Source: a virus. Taken from it: a stretch of DNA of 64,000 nucleotides. Position numbers and translations under genes: made by a program. Numbering within the stretch: the stretch's first letter is position 1; each line of letters starts with the position of its first letter. Below are positions 27,331 to 36,954 of this stretch, one piece after another. Location of the stretch: positions 1 to 64,000 of IMG/VR virus record IMGVR_UViG_3300043424_000316; one strand, given 5' to 3'. Under the pieces are notes generated by a model. It ran no database searches. It saw only the letters and a list, made by a program, of their open reading frames with translations, and was not told where the DNA came from.

Positions 27331-29268
27331 TCACCCTTTCTTAGCAAAAATAAAACCACCAACAGAGTTCATATTACGAGTTGATATTGAATACCCATTA
27401 GATTTGAGTGTATCTTCTAATCCTCGAACATCATCGATCGTTTTTGATCCAAGTAAGTGATATTCAACAAGTATATTATCTATCAAATTGAAATCATCGG
27501 AATCAAATGAATTTATCAAATCATATTCAGCAGATTCTATATCTATTTTTAATAAATTTATTCTATCTACACGATTTTTTTCAATAAATGATTTTAATGT
27601 AATTGCATTTACTGAATATGTATCTGAAAAAGAAGAATGATTTTGTATAGCAGAAACGGTAGAGTTGTTATCATGTGTATACAAACTCAATTTGCCGTTT
27701 TCATAATGAAGTGCCGAGTCTATTATTTCTATATTATCAAATGAATCTCTCAATGTTTTTAATGCGTTTATATTAGGTTCTATTGCATATATCCTTTTTA
27801 CACTCGAAACAGTTCTTATGTATTCTATCCACATACCAACATTAGCACCAACATCCACTACTGTATCAAAAGTCTTTCCTTTCAAATATGGATCATAAAT
27901 TCTGTCTATGAAAAATTCATTGTAATTGAAAAACGTTGGTTCTGTTATATTTTTCATATGTATAAATGGTTTTTCAACACTTGGGGTTTTTATTCGTATT
28001 CTTTTACTATCTATAAAATTTCCATTTGAATATATTTCAACATTAAATCCGCCAAAAGTTGGTTCTTTATCGAAATCATAATGATTTTTTGGAACGGGTA
28101 TTATCCAAAATTTTGAATCTCTCACATACTTTGGATGTTTTACAGACCACATGACTGCATTAGAATCCATGTCTTTTACCGAAACAACAACATCATCAAA
28201 ATCTAAATTATGTGAATAATATATTTTATTTTCCGTGTTATCATATTCTACTGTAAATCTACCATTTTCCATTTTAGAATCCATTATTTGTTCATCGACT
28301 GAATTTATTGAAATACCTAATTTATCAACTATCTTTTTTATATTTTTATTCAAATCATCAAAATCCAAATAGGATATAGATTCATATTTATCATACATAC
28401 CCAAATAAACAGGTAAGTTGTATATCAAAGAAGGTAAATTGTAACCTATCGATTCTCTTATTACAAGTGGACTAGTTTCTTTATCATTTTCAGTCCCTCT
28501 TGATGTGAACAAAAACAAATCCATACAAGAATAGAAATTATCAACATCGCCACGTTCACCCCAAATCTTAACATTAGGTGGACAATTCTTAACTAATGGT
28601 TCCCAATACATTTTGAAATTATCTGCTTGATTTCCAACAAAATGAAACTGTATCGGATATTCTTGGAGTTTACGAGCATATTCAAAAATTTCTGATTGAT
28701 TTTTTCTTGGACTGAATAAACCAACGTTAAGTATATGTTTGATATTTGAATTCAATCCTAATTTTTTCAATCCATCTTCTCTACTCTGTCTTTCTTTATA
28801 CTCAATATCGTTTTCAAGAATCGTAATTGGTATATTTAATTTTGAAAATTCTTTTCTTTGGTATTCTGATATAAGTGCAAATTTATCAGGAAAAAATGTC
28901 TTATTTCTAATATCAAAGGAAGAATCGTGTGATGTCTCTATTATTTTATATGGTCTATCAACTGAATATAGTTCAACGGAAACATCTGTTTTCATAAAAA
29001 ATTCTGGTATTTCTTGTAAGTGTACAATATCAGGATTTATTTTTTTAACTATTTCATTCAATTCGTTTTTATCTTCTGATAAAGAGTAGAACTTGTCTCC
29101 AAGTAATTTTACTATCTGTTTTCTTTGAACAACGAAAATATCTGCTATCATAGAATACTCTATACAGTAGACATCAACATCATTTATTATTTTTTTTATT
29201 AGAGATAGTGTATATTGAGGAAGGCCACCCGTTGAAAGATGTGGCACAATAAACAAAACTTTTTTCAC
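27331..29268 (-). CDS. GT4 glycosyltransferase fused to FkbM-family methyltransferase
   Basis: PHLSTGGLPQY, NVGLFSPRKNQ, DLFLFTS, E.SPLVIRE; C-terminal VVDVGANVG, IEPN, LLKIDIESAEY; GTG start with AAGGTG SD. Confidence 0.85.
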   Translation of the reverse strand: MKKVLFIVPHLSTGGLPQYTLSLIKKIINDVDVYCIEYSMIADIFVVQRKQIVKLLGDKFYSLSEDKNELNEIVKKINPDIVHLQEIPEFFMKTDVSVELYSVDRPYKIIETSHDSSFDIRNKTFFPDKFALISEYQRKEFSKLNIPITILENDIEYKERQSREDGLKKLGLNSNIKHILNVGLFSPRKNQSEIFEYARKLQEYPIQFHFVGNQADNFKMYWEPLVKNCPPNVKIWGERGDVDNFYSCMDLFLFTSRGTENDKETSPLVIRESIGYNLPSLIYNLPVYLGMYDKYESISYLDFDDLNKNIKKIVDKLGISINSVDEQIMDSKMENGRFTVEYDNTENKIYYSHNLDFDDVVVSVKDMDSNAVMWSVKHPKYVRDSKFWIIPVPKNHYDFDKEPTFGGFNVEIYSNGNFIDSKRIRIKTPSVEKPFIHMKNITEPTFFNYNEFFIDRIYDPYLKGKTFDTVVDVGANVGMWIEYIRTVSSVKRIYAIEPNINALKTLRDSFDNIEIIDSALHYENGKLSLYTHDNNSTVSAIQNHSSFSDTYSVNAITLKSFIEKNRVDRINLLKIDIESAEYDLINSFDSDDFNLIDNILVEYHLLGSKTIDDVRGLEDTLKSNGYSISTRNMNSVGGFIFAKKG

Positions 29269-29282
29269 AAAACACCTTTAAT

Positions 29283-30161
29283 TTAATATGCCAAAACGTA
29301 AACGCTTCCAGTATATGATGCACCGGTTGCAACTCCAGGAGCAGTTTGTAGTGAATTTCCTATTCTTTGTGTTTGAGAGTTGCTATGAAAGTCATTGCCC
29401 CAATAAGACCAAAATGTTTGCAATGGGTTATCATTTCTCCACGCATCGCCCTTTCCACTTGTTGATGATAGTGATCCTGTAAATGCACATAATGCTTGAA
29501 TATCATTATCTGAATCCAGATTTATTCCCATAATAACAAATCTAGTTGGAACTGCGGCTGGTGTTGTATTTGTTCTGAATGAATTACCACCACTTGCAAC
29601 AAGTAGACCGGAATAACCATTAACACCTGCAGTATGAAACCTTGCACTTGATGCAGTCCATTTGATGTTGTCTAAAACAGCTCCACCGTCAAACCTTGAT
29701 GCGGTCTGTTGAAACCTATCCAATCTATCTAATATATTGTAAATAGATTCTGTTTGAGTTGATTCTACTAAATCGTATATCAGATAATTATTATGTGATG
29801 TTGGATCATTTGAATTAGATGTCCCATCTACAAAAGCAATTTTTGTTATATTTGTTTTATTAAAGAATGCAGGATAAAGACCCTGTGAATCCCCGAATGT
29901 TGTTCTTGAACTTGCTGTTGTACTTGTTAAACTGGCACTTCTAAAAAGAGTTGTTCCAGGATTTCCCATATTAGTTCGTAATATAGATGCAGTCCAATTT
30001 GCTGAAGTTACTTTTTTACCATTATATCTCAATAAAACTTCCCATCCGATAGACTCTGTTACCGGAGTGGTTGATGCTGTTAATGAAAATGATCCACTCG
30101 TAGATACACGTCTCAATATAAATCCACCATTTCCACCATTATTTGATATTTTCAAACTCAT
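29283..30161 (-). CDS. Hypothetical Ser/Thr-rich virion protein
   Basis: 292-aa ORF, ATGA-coupled to the upstream small ORF. Confidence 0.55.
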   Translation of the reverse strand: MSLKISNNGGNGGFILRRVSTSGSFSLTASTTPVTESIGWEVLLRYNGKKVTSANWTASILRTNMGNPGTTLFRSASLTSTTASSRTTFGDSQGLYPAFFNKTNITKIAFVDGTSNSNDPTSHNNYLIYDLVESTQTESIYNILDRLDRFQQTASRFDGGAVLDNIKWTASSARFHTAGVNGYSGLLVASGGNSFRTNTTPAAVPTRFVIMGINLDSDNDIQALCAFTGSLSSTSGKGDAWRNDNPLQTFWSYWGNDFHSNSQTQRIGNSLQTAPGVATGASYTGSVYVLAY

Positions 30162-30334
30162 TTCAAATATAACTGCTGAAGTTTGTAAACAAGATCATAT
30201 ACGACTTGAACCTCTTTTCCCTTAAATGTACTATCGGAAATCAATTTTAATAAAAATTCCAATTCCTCCTTAGAAAAAGAAGGAATTGGAGGTATTGTAT
30301 TATTTTCATTATTTTCTTTTTTAACTAAACCCAT
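30158..30334 (-). CDS. Small 58-aa helical protein
   Basis: Below ORF-track cutoff. MGLVKKENNENNTIPPIPSFSKEELEFLLKLISDSTFKGKEVQVVYDLVYKLQQLYLK; AGGT SD; ATGA overlap with the next gene. Confidence 0.7.
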   Translation of the reverse strand: MGLVKKENNENNTIPPIPSFSKEELEFLLKLISDSTFKGKEVQVVYDLVYKLQQLYLK

Positions 30335-30358
30335 GATAAAACCTATTATTTTTCATAA

Positions 30359-30390
30359 CAAATATACAAAATTTTATGAATATATCCAAA
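30359..30390 (-). promoter_or_regulatory. Bacteroidota-type housekeeping promoter (TTTG-N20-TATATTTG)
   Basis: + strand caaa 30387-30390 and caaatata 30359-30366, spacing 20 nt; matches the -33 TTTG / -7 TAnnTTTG consensus. Confidence 0.55.
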
Positions 30391-31654
30391 TGTTTCCAGT
30401 ATTACTATCAACAAAAATGGTTCCAAATCCACTTGCACCACCATAAACAGGATCGGATGCTGGATTCGCAGTACCTTCTTGTACAACACCCATGAACGCA
30501 TCTGGAGTTAGAGATGTTGCAGTTGGAGATGCATTATTTTGTAATGCCCAACGATCTGCACTCGCATCAACACCCAATGCATATCCTGTACTTGCTGCCT
30601 GTTGTATTATTATACCACCATCTGTATTTGTATCTGAACCAGACGCAAATAGGGCAAACTTGTCTTCAATAGTAATGTTTGTAGTATCAACAGTTGTTGT
30701 TGTACCATTGACAACCAAATCACCACTAACAACAAGTTTATTATTTACAGTTGTTGTTGATGAACCATTACCTATATTAACTGCAGTAGCACCAGTAGTA
30801 CCAACATTTATTGTTGTTGCATTTGTTGTAGCAACATTAAATGTTGCAGCGGATGTTGTAATATCACCACCATTAACTGCAATATCACCTGTAAGAGTGA
30901 CATCAACAAATTGAGGACTATCGCCAGTTTGAAGACCGGTATCAACATCGGTTTGAACACCGTTAATCACTGCACGAACTGTGCCTTGTGATGGAGAACT
31001 GAATGATGAACCACTAACTGTTCCAGTAGGAAGAGCAGATACTACACCACTTGTAAATGTGGTTGATGCAGTGTTCAAAGTAATGTTTGGTGTACTACCC
31101 TCACCACTTGTTACACTTGATACAATAGCACCGGAACCGGAAACTGTTGCAACATAATCACCGGTTGTATCAGTTCCGAGAGCAACCGAATTAGCTTGTA
31201 TGGTTGCAACACCAGTTGATGCATTGATGAGAATATCACCACTTACACCAGCATAAGATGATGAGTTAAAAAATGTCTGCATTGATCCCGAATTAACAGA
31301 AAGACTATCTGTTGCTTCAACGGACAATCCTGTACCCGCAAGGTCTGTTAGAAGATTTCCATAAGTGAATTTCTTATTTCCACTTGTTGCATCACCTGGA
31401 TCATCATTGATAAAAAATTTATCAGTTGATGCCAGATTAGTTGTTGCATTTGTTGGAAATGATGGAGTTGCAGTTACTCCTGTCAGTCCAGTACCATCTC
31501 CTGTAAAGGAACCTGTGAAAGAACCAGTAAGACGAGTATTTGCCTGGGTTGGTTGAATTTGTTGATTAGTACCGACTAATACCCCAACCGAAGCACTCAC
31601 CGATGCAAGTTCGGCTACACTACCCGATACTATAAGTTTTTTCCACGTTGCCAT
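30374..31654 (-). CDS. Tail fibre/virion structural protein
   Basis: MATWKKLIVSGS N-terminus shared with 22578-25190; FTGSFTGDGTGLT and GDLVVNGTTTTV fibre-type motifs; GGAGA SD. Confidence 0.7.
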   Translation of the reverse strand: MATWKKLIVSGSVAELASVSASVGVLVGTNQQIQPTQANTRLTGSFTGSFTGDGTGLTGVTATPSFPTNATTNLASTDKFFINDDPGDATSGNKKFTYGNLLTDLAGTGLSVEATDSLSVNSGSMQTFFNSSSYAGVSGDILINASTGVATIQANSVALGTDTTGDYVATVSGSGAIVSSVTSGEGSTPNITLNTASTTFTSGVVSALPTGTVSGSSFSSPSQGTVRAVINGVQTDVDTGLQTGDSPQFVDVTLTGDIAVNGGDITTSAATFNVATTNATTINVGTTGATAVNIGNGSSTTTVNNKLVVSGDLVVNGTTTTVDTTNITIEDKFALFASGSDTNTDGGIIIQQAASTGYALGVDASADRWALQNNASPTATSLTPDAFMGVVQEGTANPASDPVYGGASGFGTIFVDSNTGNIWIYS

Positions 31655-31678
31655 TTAATTCTCCAAAATTTGAGTTGT

Positions 31679-33238
31679 TTATATGAATAAATATAAGTTA
31701 CTTCCTGAAATAACTAAGCTACCAGTGGAATCTATTATTGGTAGCTGGTTTATAGTTGGTAATACAAACGTACCTTCAACATTCAGACTTCCACTCATAT
31801 AAGCAGATCCAGTGAAAATCAATAAATCACCAGACAATGTTGTATCACCATTTATTGTTGTGCTGCCTGTAACACTCATTGAACCAGTAAATTGGTGTCT
31901 ATCATCTAATGTATCACCAAAACGAGATGATCCAGATACAAGTAGTGTTTGATAATTAACTACCGATGAGGAAACAACATAAGTTCTAGCGGTTATAGTG
32001 CCACCGACTAAAAGATTTCCGTCAAAGTTTGCATTAGTTGCATACAGAGTGTTAAATCTTGGTGAATCTGTTTCTGCCAATCCTAACACACCTCTTTGTC
32101 CGGAACCAGATACTATATTTGTTCCAAATAAGTGTGAAAGTGTTTGAATTGAGGATGAAACTATACCGACTGGTTTGCTTAAAATGTTATCCCAATATAC
32201 ACTGCCACTCAATTCACCATCAGTAACAAATCCTAAATCTTGAATTTGTTGTGAAGACGATATTACACCGGAAAATACACCACTAAAAAGTGGAGCGGTA
32301 ATAGTACCTTGTGACGTTAATGATCCACTTAAAAATAATGAACCAGTAAATTGGTGAGTATCATCTACGGTATCGCCGAATTGCGTTGAACCGGATGCCT
32401 TTATTGATTGTATATCAACGATAGAAGATGATACAACATAGGTTCTAGCAGTAAGTGTTCCGTCTATAAATGCATTACCATCTATTGTTAAGTTACTACC
32501 GGATATGTTACCGAAAACAACATTATCAGTTGTACCCAATCCGATAGAATTTCTTTGATTTGAAGAAGATATTATTCCTGTTCCACCCAATACTTGAACG
32601 GAACTAGATACAATACCACTTGGTTTGTTTAATATATCATCCCAAACACTAGATGTAATAAATCCAAAATTTTGAATTTGTTGTGAAGATGATATTGTAC
32701 CAGCAGCAACAAGATTTGTTAAACCACTACCATCACCAACAAATGTCCCATATACTGATCCAGATACATAAACTGAACCTGTAAATTGATGTGTGTCTAA
32801 TATATCGTTACCGAATATATTTGAACCACTACTAAATGATTGGGTTACATTTATCACCGATGATGATATTATCAACTGTCTAGCAGTTAAATCACCAGTC
32901 AGAGTAAGGTTGTTAAATGTTGGTGAGTCTGTGGTTGCAAGTCCTAACACGCTTCTTTGTGCAGAACTCGATACTATATTTGTTCCCGAAAGGTGTGAAA
33001 GTGTCTGTGCCGATGATGACACAGTTCCAGAAGGCATAGATGCAGGTGAAAGATTGGTTAATTGTGAACCATCCCCCTTGAAGTAATACGCATCTACCGT
33101 TCCAGACACAGCCAATAATGTAACAAGAGATCCAGTTCCGTCAAGAAGTGTTGAATCATCAACGGGATCGGTTTGAAGCAATCTATAATAAGATTCGGAA
33201 ACAAATAGATTGGTTAGGTCTCTTTGTGTACTTGGCAA
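31679..33238 (-). CDS. Fibre-like structural protein with three internal repeats
   Basis: Three copies of AR..(V/I)(V/I)SSS...SGS..FG....D.HQFTGS; TTG start. Confidence 0.7.
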   Translation of the reverse strand: MPSTQRDLTNLFVSESYYRLLQTDPVDDSTLLDGTGSLVTLLAVSGTVDAYYFKGDGSQLTNLSPASMPSGTVSSSAQTLSHLSGTNIVSSSAQRSVLGLATTDSPTFNNLTLTGDLTARQLIISSSVINVTQSFSSGSNIFGNDILDTHQFTGSVYVSGSVYGTFVGDGSGLTNLVAAGTISSSQQIQNFGFITSSVWDDILNKPSGIVSSSVQVLGGTGIISSSNQRNSIGLGTTDNVVFGNISGSNLTIDGNAFIDGTLTARTYVVSSSIVDIQSIKASGSTQFGDTVDDTHQFTGSLFLSGSLTSQGTITAPLFSGVFSGVISSSQQIQDLGFVTDGELSGSVYWDNILSKPVGIVSSSIQTLSHLFGTNIVSGSGQRGVLGLAETDSPRFNTLYATNANFDGNLLVGGTITARTYVVSSSVVNYQTLLVSGSSRFGDTLDDRHQFTGSMSVTGSTTINGDTTLSGDLLIFTGSAYMSGSLNVEGTFVLPTINQLPIIDSTGSLVISGSNLYLFI

Positions 33239-33284
33239 TTATTCTCTCTCATAGTGTATATGTTTGAATAAATACATTCTACAC

Positions 33285-33297
33285 TATAAATATGTAA
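33285..33297 (-). promoter_or_regulatory. Putative late-promoter motif (TTACATATTTATA) followed by a leader hairpin
   Basis: Intergenic; adjoining atagtgta(33251-33258)/tacactat(33280-33287) stem. Confidence 0.55.
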
Positions 33298-33305
33298 AAG
33301 ATTTT

Positions 33306-36300
33306 TTATGATATAATAATTACTGTATGTTGTAACAGAGTTGGATTTGCATTAAATACAAGCGTTGCGTTATTATTATCATCAGCGGTAACAACATATT
33401 CTTTGGTTGCATCACCAACAGGAGCATACGGTGGTATTAAATCATAAGTTGCATTTTCCCGCACATATACAATAATATCTCTGGTTCCTAAATTATGAGT
33501 AAAAGTAAAAGTATTGGTAAATCCTGTTCCAAATCCAGATGTATACTTACCAGCACTATTTCCTGATGTTCCGGATGTTCCAGTATTACCACTTGTACCA
33601 CTTGTACCAAATGTTTGTCCAGATGTACCAGATGTACCATTTGCACCAGATGTTCCTGATGTGCCCGGCACACCAAATGCACCATCGGCTCCAGATGTTC
33701 CAGAACTACCACTACTTCCAGATGTTCCAGAACTACCACTAATTCCAGATGTTCCACTCTCACCAGAAGTTCCACTTGATCCAGCAAGACCATTAACACC
33801 ACTTGTTCCAGATGAACCAGAATTACCAGATGTACCGGATGTACCTGAATTTCCACTGCTTCCGGATGTTCCATTTACTCCAGAAGTTCCACTACTTCCA
33901 GACAAACCAGCATCACCTTTCTCTCCCGATGTTCCGGACGAACCGGATGTTCCACTCAGTCCACTACTTCCAGATGTTCCACTTATTCCAGATAATCCGG
34001 ATGTTCCAGAAGAACCAGAAGAACCAGACAATCCAGAAGTTCCAGATGAACCACTTTCTCCAGATGTTCCCGATACTCCAGATGTTCCAGAAACTCCAGA
34101 TGTTCCGGACGTTCCACCAGTTCCTTGTGGTCCAGGAGCACCAGATAGCGATATACTCCAACTTGAATATGTACCACTTCCTGTTATCGTTGTAATGTTT
34201 ATTATTAACTCACCAGTTCCACTGTTATACGATGTAATATCCCCTTCCATTTTATTAGAACTATTATATGCAGCTATTACATTCTGACCAACACTTAATT
34301 GTAATCCAGTATCAACTGTAAATGTTTTTGATCCTGTTCCTATTGTATTTGAAGTAGAAGATGTTGTTGTATATTTGTCTCCAGAAAGACCTGCAGTTCC
34401 AGATGTACCATTTACTCCAGATGTTCCGGATGTTCCTGGTTGACCGGGCATACCATTTATACCATTTGTTCCAGATGTTCCGGATGTTCCAGAAACACCA
34501 CTCGAACCACTTTCTCCAGATGAACCACTTGTACCCGATGATCCACTATTTCCAGATGTTCCCGATGTTCCAGGTGAACCAGTTGCACCAGTTGCACCAT
34601 TTGCTCCAGATGTACCAGAAGTTCCGGATGTTCCGGGTGAACCAGTTGCACCGGTTGCACCACTTACTCCAGATGTACCAGAAGTTCCACTTTGTCCAGA
34701 TGTACCAGAAGTTCCCGATGTTCCATGTGTACCACCGGTTCCACCCGATCCAAATGTTCCACCGTTTATCACAGCATTTTGAATAGTTACTTGACATCCA
34801 TCCCATTTAATATAAGATTCCCCACAAGTTCCATTATTACAACTTCCACCTCCGGAAGTACCAGCAGTACCAAAAACTGGATTATACGATCCACTCCAAC
34901 CTAAAAGAAATTCAGAACTCGAACCGATTATGAATAAATCAAAACTAGATGGTGTTGATCCAAAATTGAATGTGGATCCACATTGATTTATCATGTTTAT
35001 ACTGTTCTGTGAGAACGTACCAGATGCTAGATTGTAAGGATTTCCGGTTGTTAATCCCCATCCAAAACTTGATGGATTATTTGGATTGTTTATTGCATTC
35101 TGAACACCTTGATACAGATATGGTTGGATTGCAGATCCCGATGTTGTTGCGTTTGATGTATTAGCATATAGTTGCATACCACTTGCAGTGTATGAAGCAA
35201 GATATGTTGAACCAGTTATTATGTTATCATCACCGTAAATGTAAGAATTACCACCCTCAAAAAATAAATCATTATTTACAGTTTCAACATTAGATTCTCT
35301 TAAAGTATCATTAAAGTATTGGATTTTCAAATCCATATACTCTAATTTGTGATTTTGATTCATTGGAACATTAAGATTTATCCGTTTCGGAGTAAATCCA
35401 GGTTCAACTGTTTCTTTTATTTCAATATCTTGTAAAACAACGCCAGGATGTAATAAAAATTTTACTCTACCATCACCGTCATTATCAGGAGAAATAGTTA
35501 ATTTATTATTTCTTTTTAATTCACTTTCTACATTTTTTAATTCTACACTACCAACATATTTACCAAATTCAGTGTCATTATTGAAACAACTACCAGTTAC
35601 ATATATCTCTAATTTTGGTTCAAGTTTTGTAGTAGATGGTCTGTATCTATACGCATCGAAAGTAATTTCATACAAAGTATCTTTGTAAAAAGTTGTTGAT
35701 AGACTTGCGGATTGTTCAATTATTATTGCCTGATTTCCTACCAAGGATGCGATAGTTGATTCTATACCGGTAAATTTATTTGTATTGTATAAATTTAATG
35801 TTGGAGTTGGTGCACCATTTATTGAAGATGCAGTCCAATAACTTATAGCGTTTATAGATATTGGTGAACTATCACCTGCAACAGTTGCAACTCGTGATGG
35901 TTCAAATTTCCCAATAGGAAAATCAACGATTCGAGAATCTTCATCTATTAGTATATTTTTTGGTTCAATTTTACCGTCATAGATTTCTTTGAAATCCGAA
36001 CTTGTATCGTTCTTACTTTTCGCTAATACCTTAACACGACTTACAACACCAACAGTTGGATCTATCTTATTTATTTTTAACTTAGCATAGTTTTTTATAT
36101 TCTGAGTTATATTTTTTGATGTTGGTTTTTGTTGGTAAACTAATCTATACGGTTGTATTTCTGCATTTGATATTTCTGTCAGTTGTCCATCTGTTCCAAT
36201 GACTTTTAATTTTTTATCTAATTCCAACACATAGTTGTTATTAACAGATTTAACACTTGCACTATATTCAAAACTACCAGTTTGGTAGGATATGAGTGGT

Positions 36301-36953
36301 TCTATATTATCAGAAAGATTTGGAAATGATATAGTTGCACCAACAAGGTTTTCTGTAAATGTTTCACCTAGAGAAAATATCTTGGGTTTACCGTTTTCCA
36401 ATGAATATCTAGCAGTTCCAGTTTGAACTGATTCCTTATTACCACCTGTAAATCTATCTTCTATTACAGAGTATTTTCTTTCTGTTATAGATACTTCTGG
36501 ATTTTCTTCAAATAATATGTCATTATCATTTGGTTTGAATTTATCAACACCAATAGTATAGACAAATTTTATATTGTTCTGTACAATACTGTTGTTTGGA
36601 AGTTTTTTTAATTCCAAATCAACATTACTAGTTCCGATAAAAGTTATTGTACCAGTTCCGAGTGATGTTGTTCTATAAACATAAACCGAAACTATTTTTG
36701 TTCCATCTGCTTCTTCTGCACTTGTTACATGATGAAAAACGTTATTTCCACTTGCATCCAATACTTCAATGTATATTGGATAATACGGTGAAAGGTTATC
36801 AAAGTTGGGTTTTATCTTAAACCCATTTTTACCGGCAGAGAAATAATCTGGTATAGATATTATGTTAAAAAAATTAGAAGATAGTTCTGAATCATCAATA
36901 AATTGAGTATCGGAAACTATTAAATTACGTTTAAGTCTTTTATATTCTACCAT
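33306..36953 (-). CDS. Large virion protein: globular N-terminal region plus long G-T/S-S triplet tracts
   Basis: About 740-aa beta-rich N-terminus, two long SGTSG tracts, C-terminal FTHNLGT domain. Confidence 0.72.
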   Translation of the reverse strand: MVEYKRLKRNLIVSDTQFIDDSELSSNFFNIISIPDYFSAGKNGFKIKPNFDNLSPYYPIYIEVLDASGNNVFHHVTSAEEADGTKIVSVYVYRTTSLGTGTITFIGTSNVDLELKKLPNNSIVQNNIKFVYTIGVDKFKPNDNDILFEENPEVSITERKYSVIEDRFTGGNKESVQTGTARYSLENGKPKIFSLGETFTENLVGATISFPNLSDNIEPLISYQTGSFEYSASVKSVNNNYVLELDKKLKVIGTDGQLTEISNAEIQPYRLVYQQKPTSKNITQNIKNYAKLKINKIDPTVGVVSRVKVLAKSKNDTSSDFKEIYDGKIEPKNILIDEDSRIVDFPIGKFEPSRVATVAGDSSPISINAISYWTASSINGAPTPTLNLYNTNKFTGIESTIASLVGNQAIIIEQSASLSTTFYKDTLYEITFDAYRYRPSTTKLEPKLEIYVTGSCFNNDTEFGKYVGSVELKNVESELKRNNKLTISPDNDGDGRVKFLLHPGVVLQDIEIKETVEPGFTPKRINLNVPMNQNHKLEYMDLKIQYFNDTLRESNVETVNNDLFFEGGNSYIYGDDNIITGSTYLASYTASGMQLYANTSNATTSGSAIQPYLYQGVQNAINNPNNPSSFGWGLTTGNPYNLASGTFSQNSINMINQCGSTFNFGSTPSSFDLFIIGSSSEFLLGWSGSYNPVFGTAGTSGGGSCNNGTCGESYIKWDGCQVTIQNAVINGGTFGSGGTGGTHGTSGTSGTSGQSGTSGTSGVSGATGATGSPGTSGTSGTSGANGATGATGSPGTSGTSGNSGSSGTSGSSGESGSSGVSGTSGTSGTNGINGMPGQPGTSGTSGVNGTSGTAGLSGDKYTTTSSTSNTIGTGSKTFTVDTGLQLSVGQNVIAAYNSSNKMEGDITSYNSGTGELIINITTITGSGTYSSWSISLSGAPGPQGTGGTSGTSGVSGTSGVSGTSGESGSSGTSGLSGSSGSSGTSGLSGISGTSGSSGLSGTSGSSGTSGEKGDAGLSGSSGTSGVNGTSGSSGNSGTSGTSGNSGSSGTSGVNGLAGSSGTSGESGTSGISGSSGTSGSSGSSGTSGADGAFGVPGTSGTSGANGTSGTSGQTFGTSGTSGNTGTSGTSGNSAGKYTSGFGTGFTNTFTFTHNLGTRDIIVYVRENATYDLIPPYAPVGDATKEYVVTADDNNNATLVFNANPTLLQHTVIIIS

Positions 36954-36954
36954 T

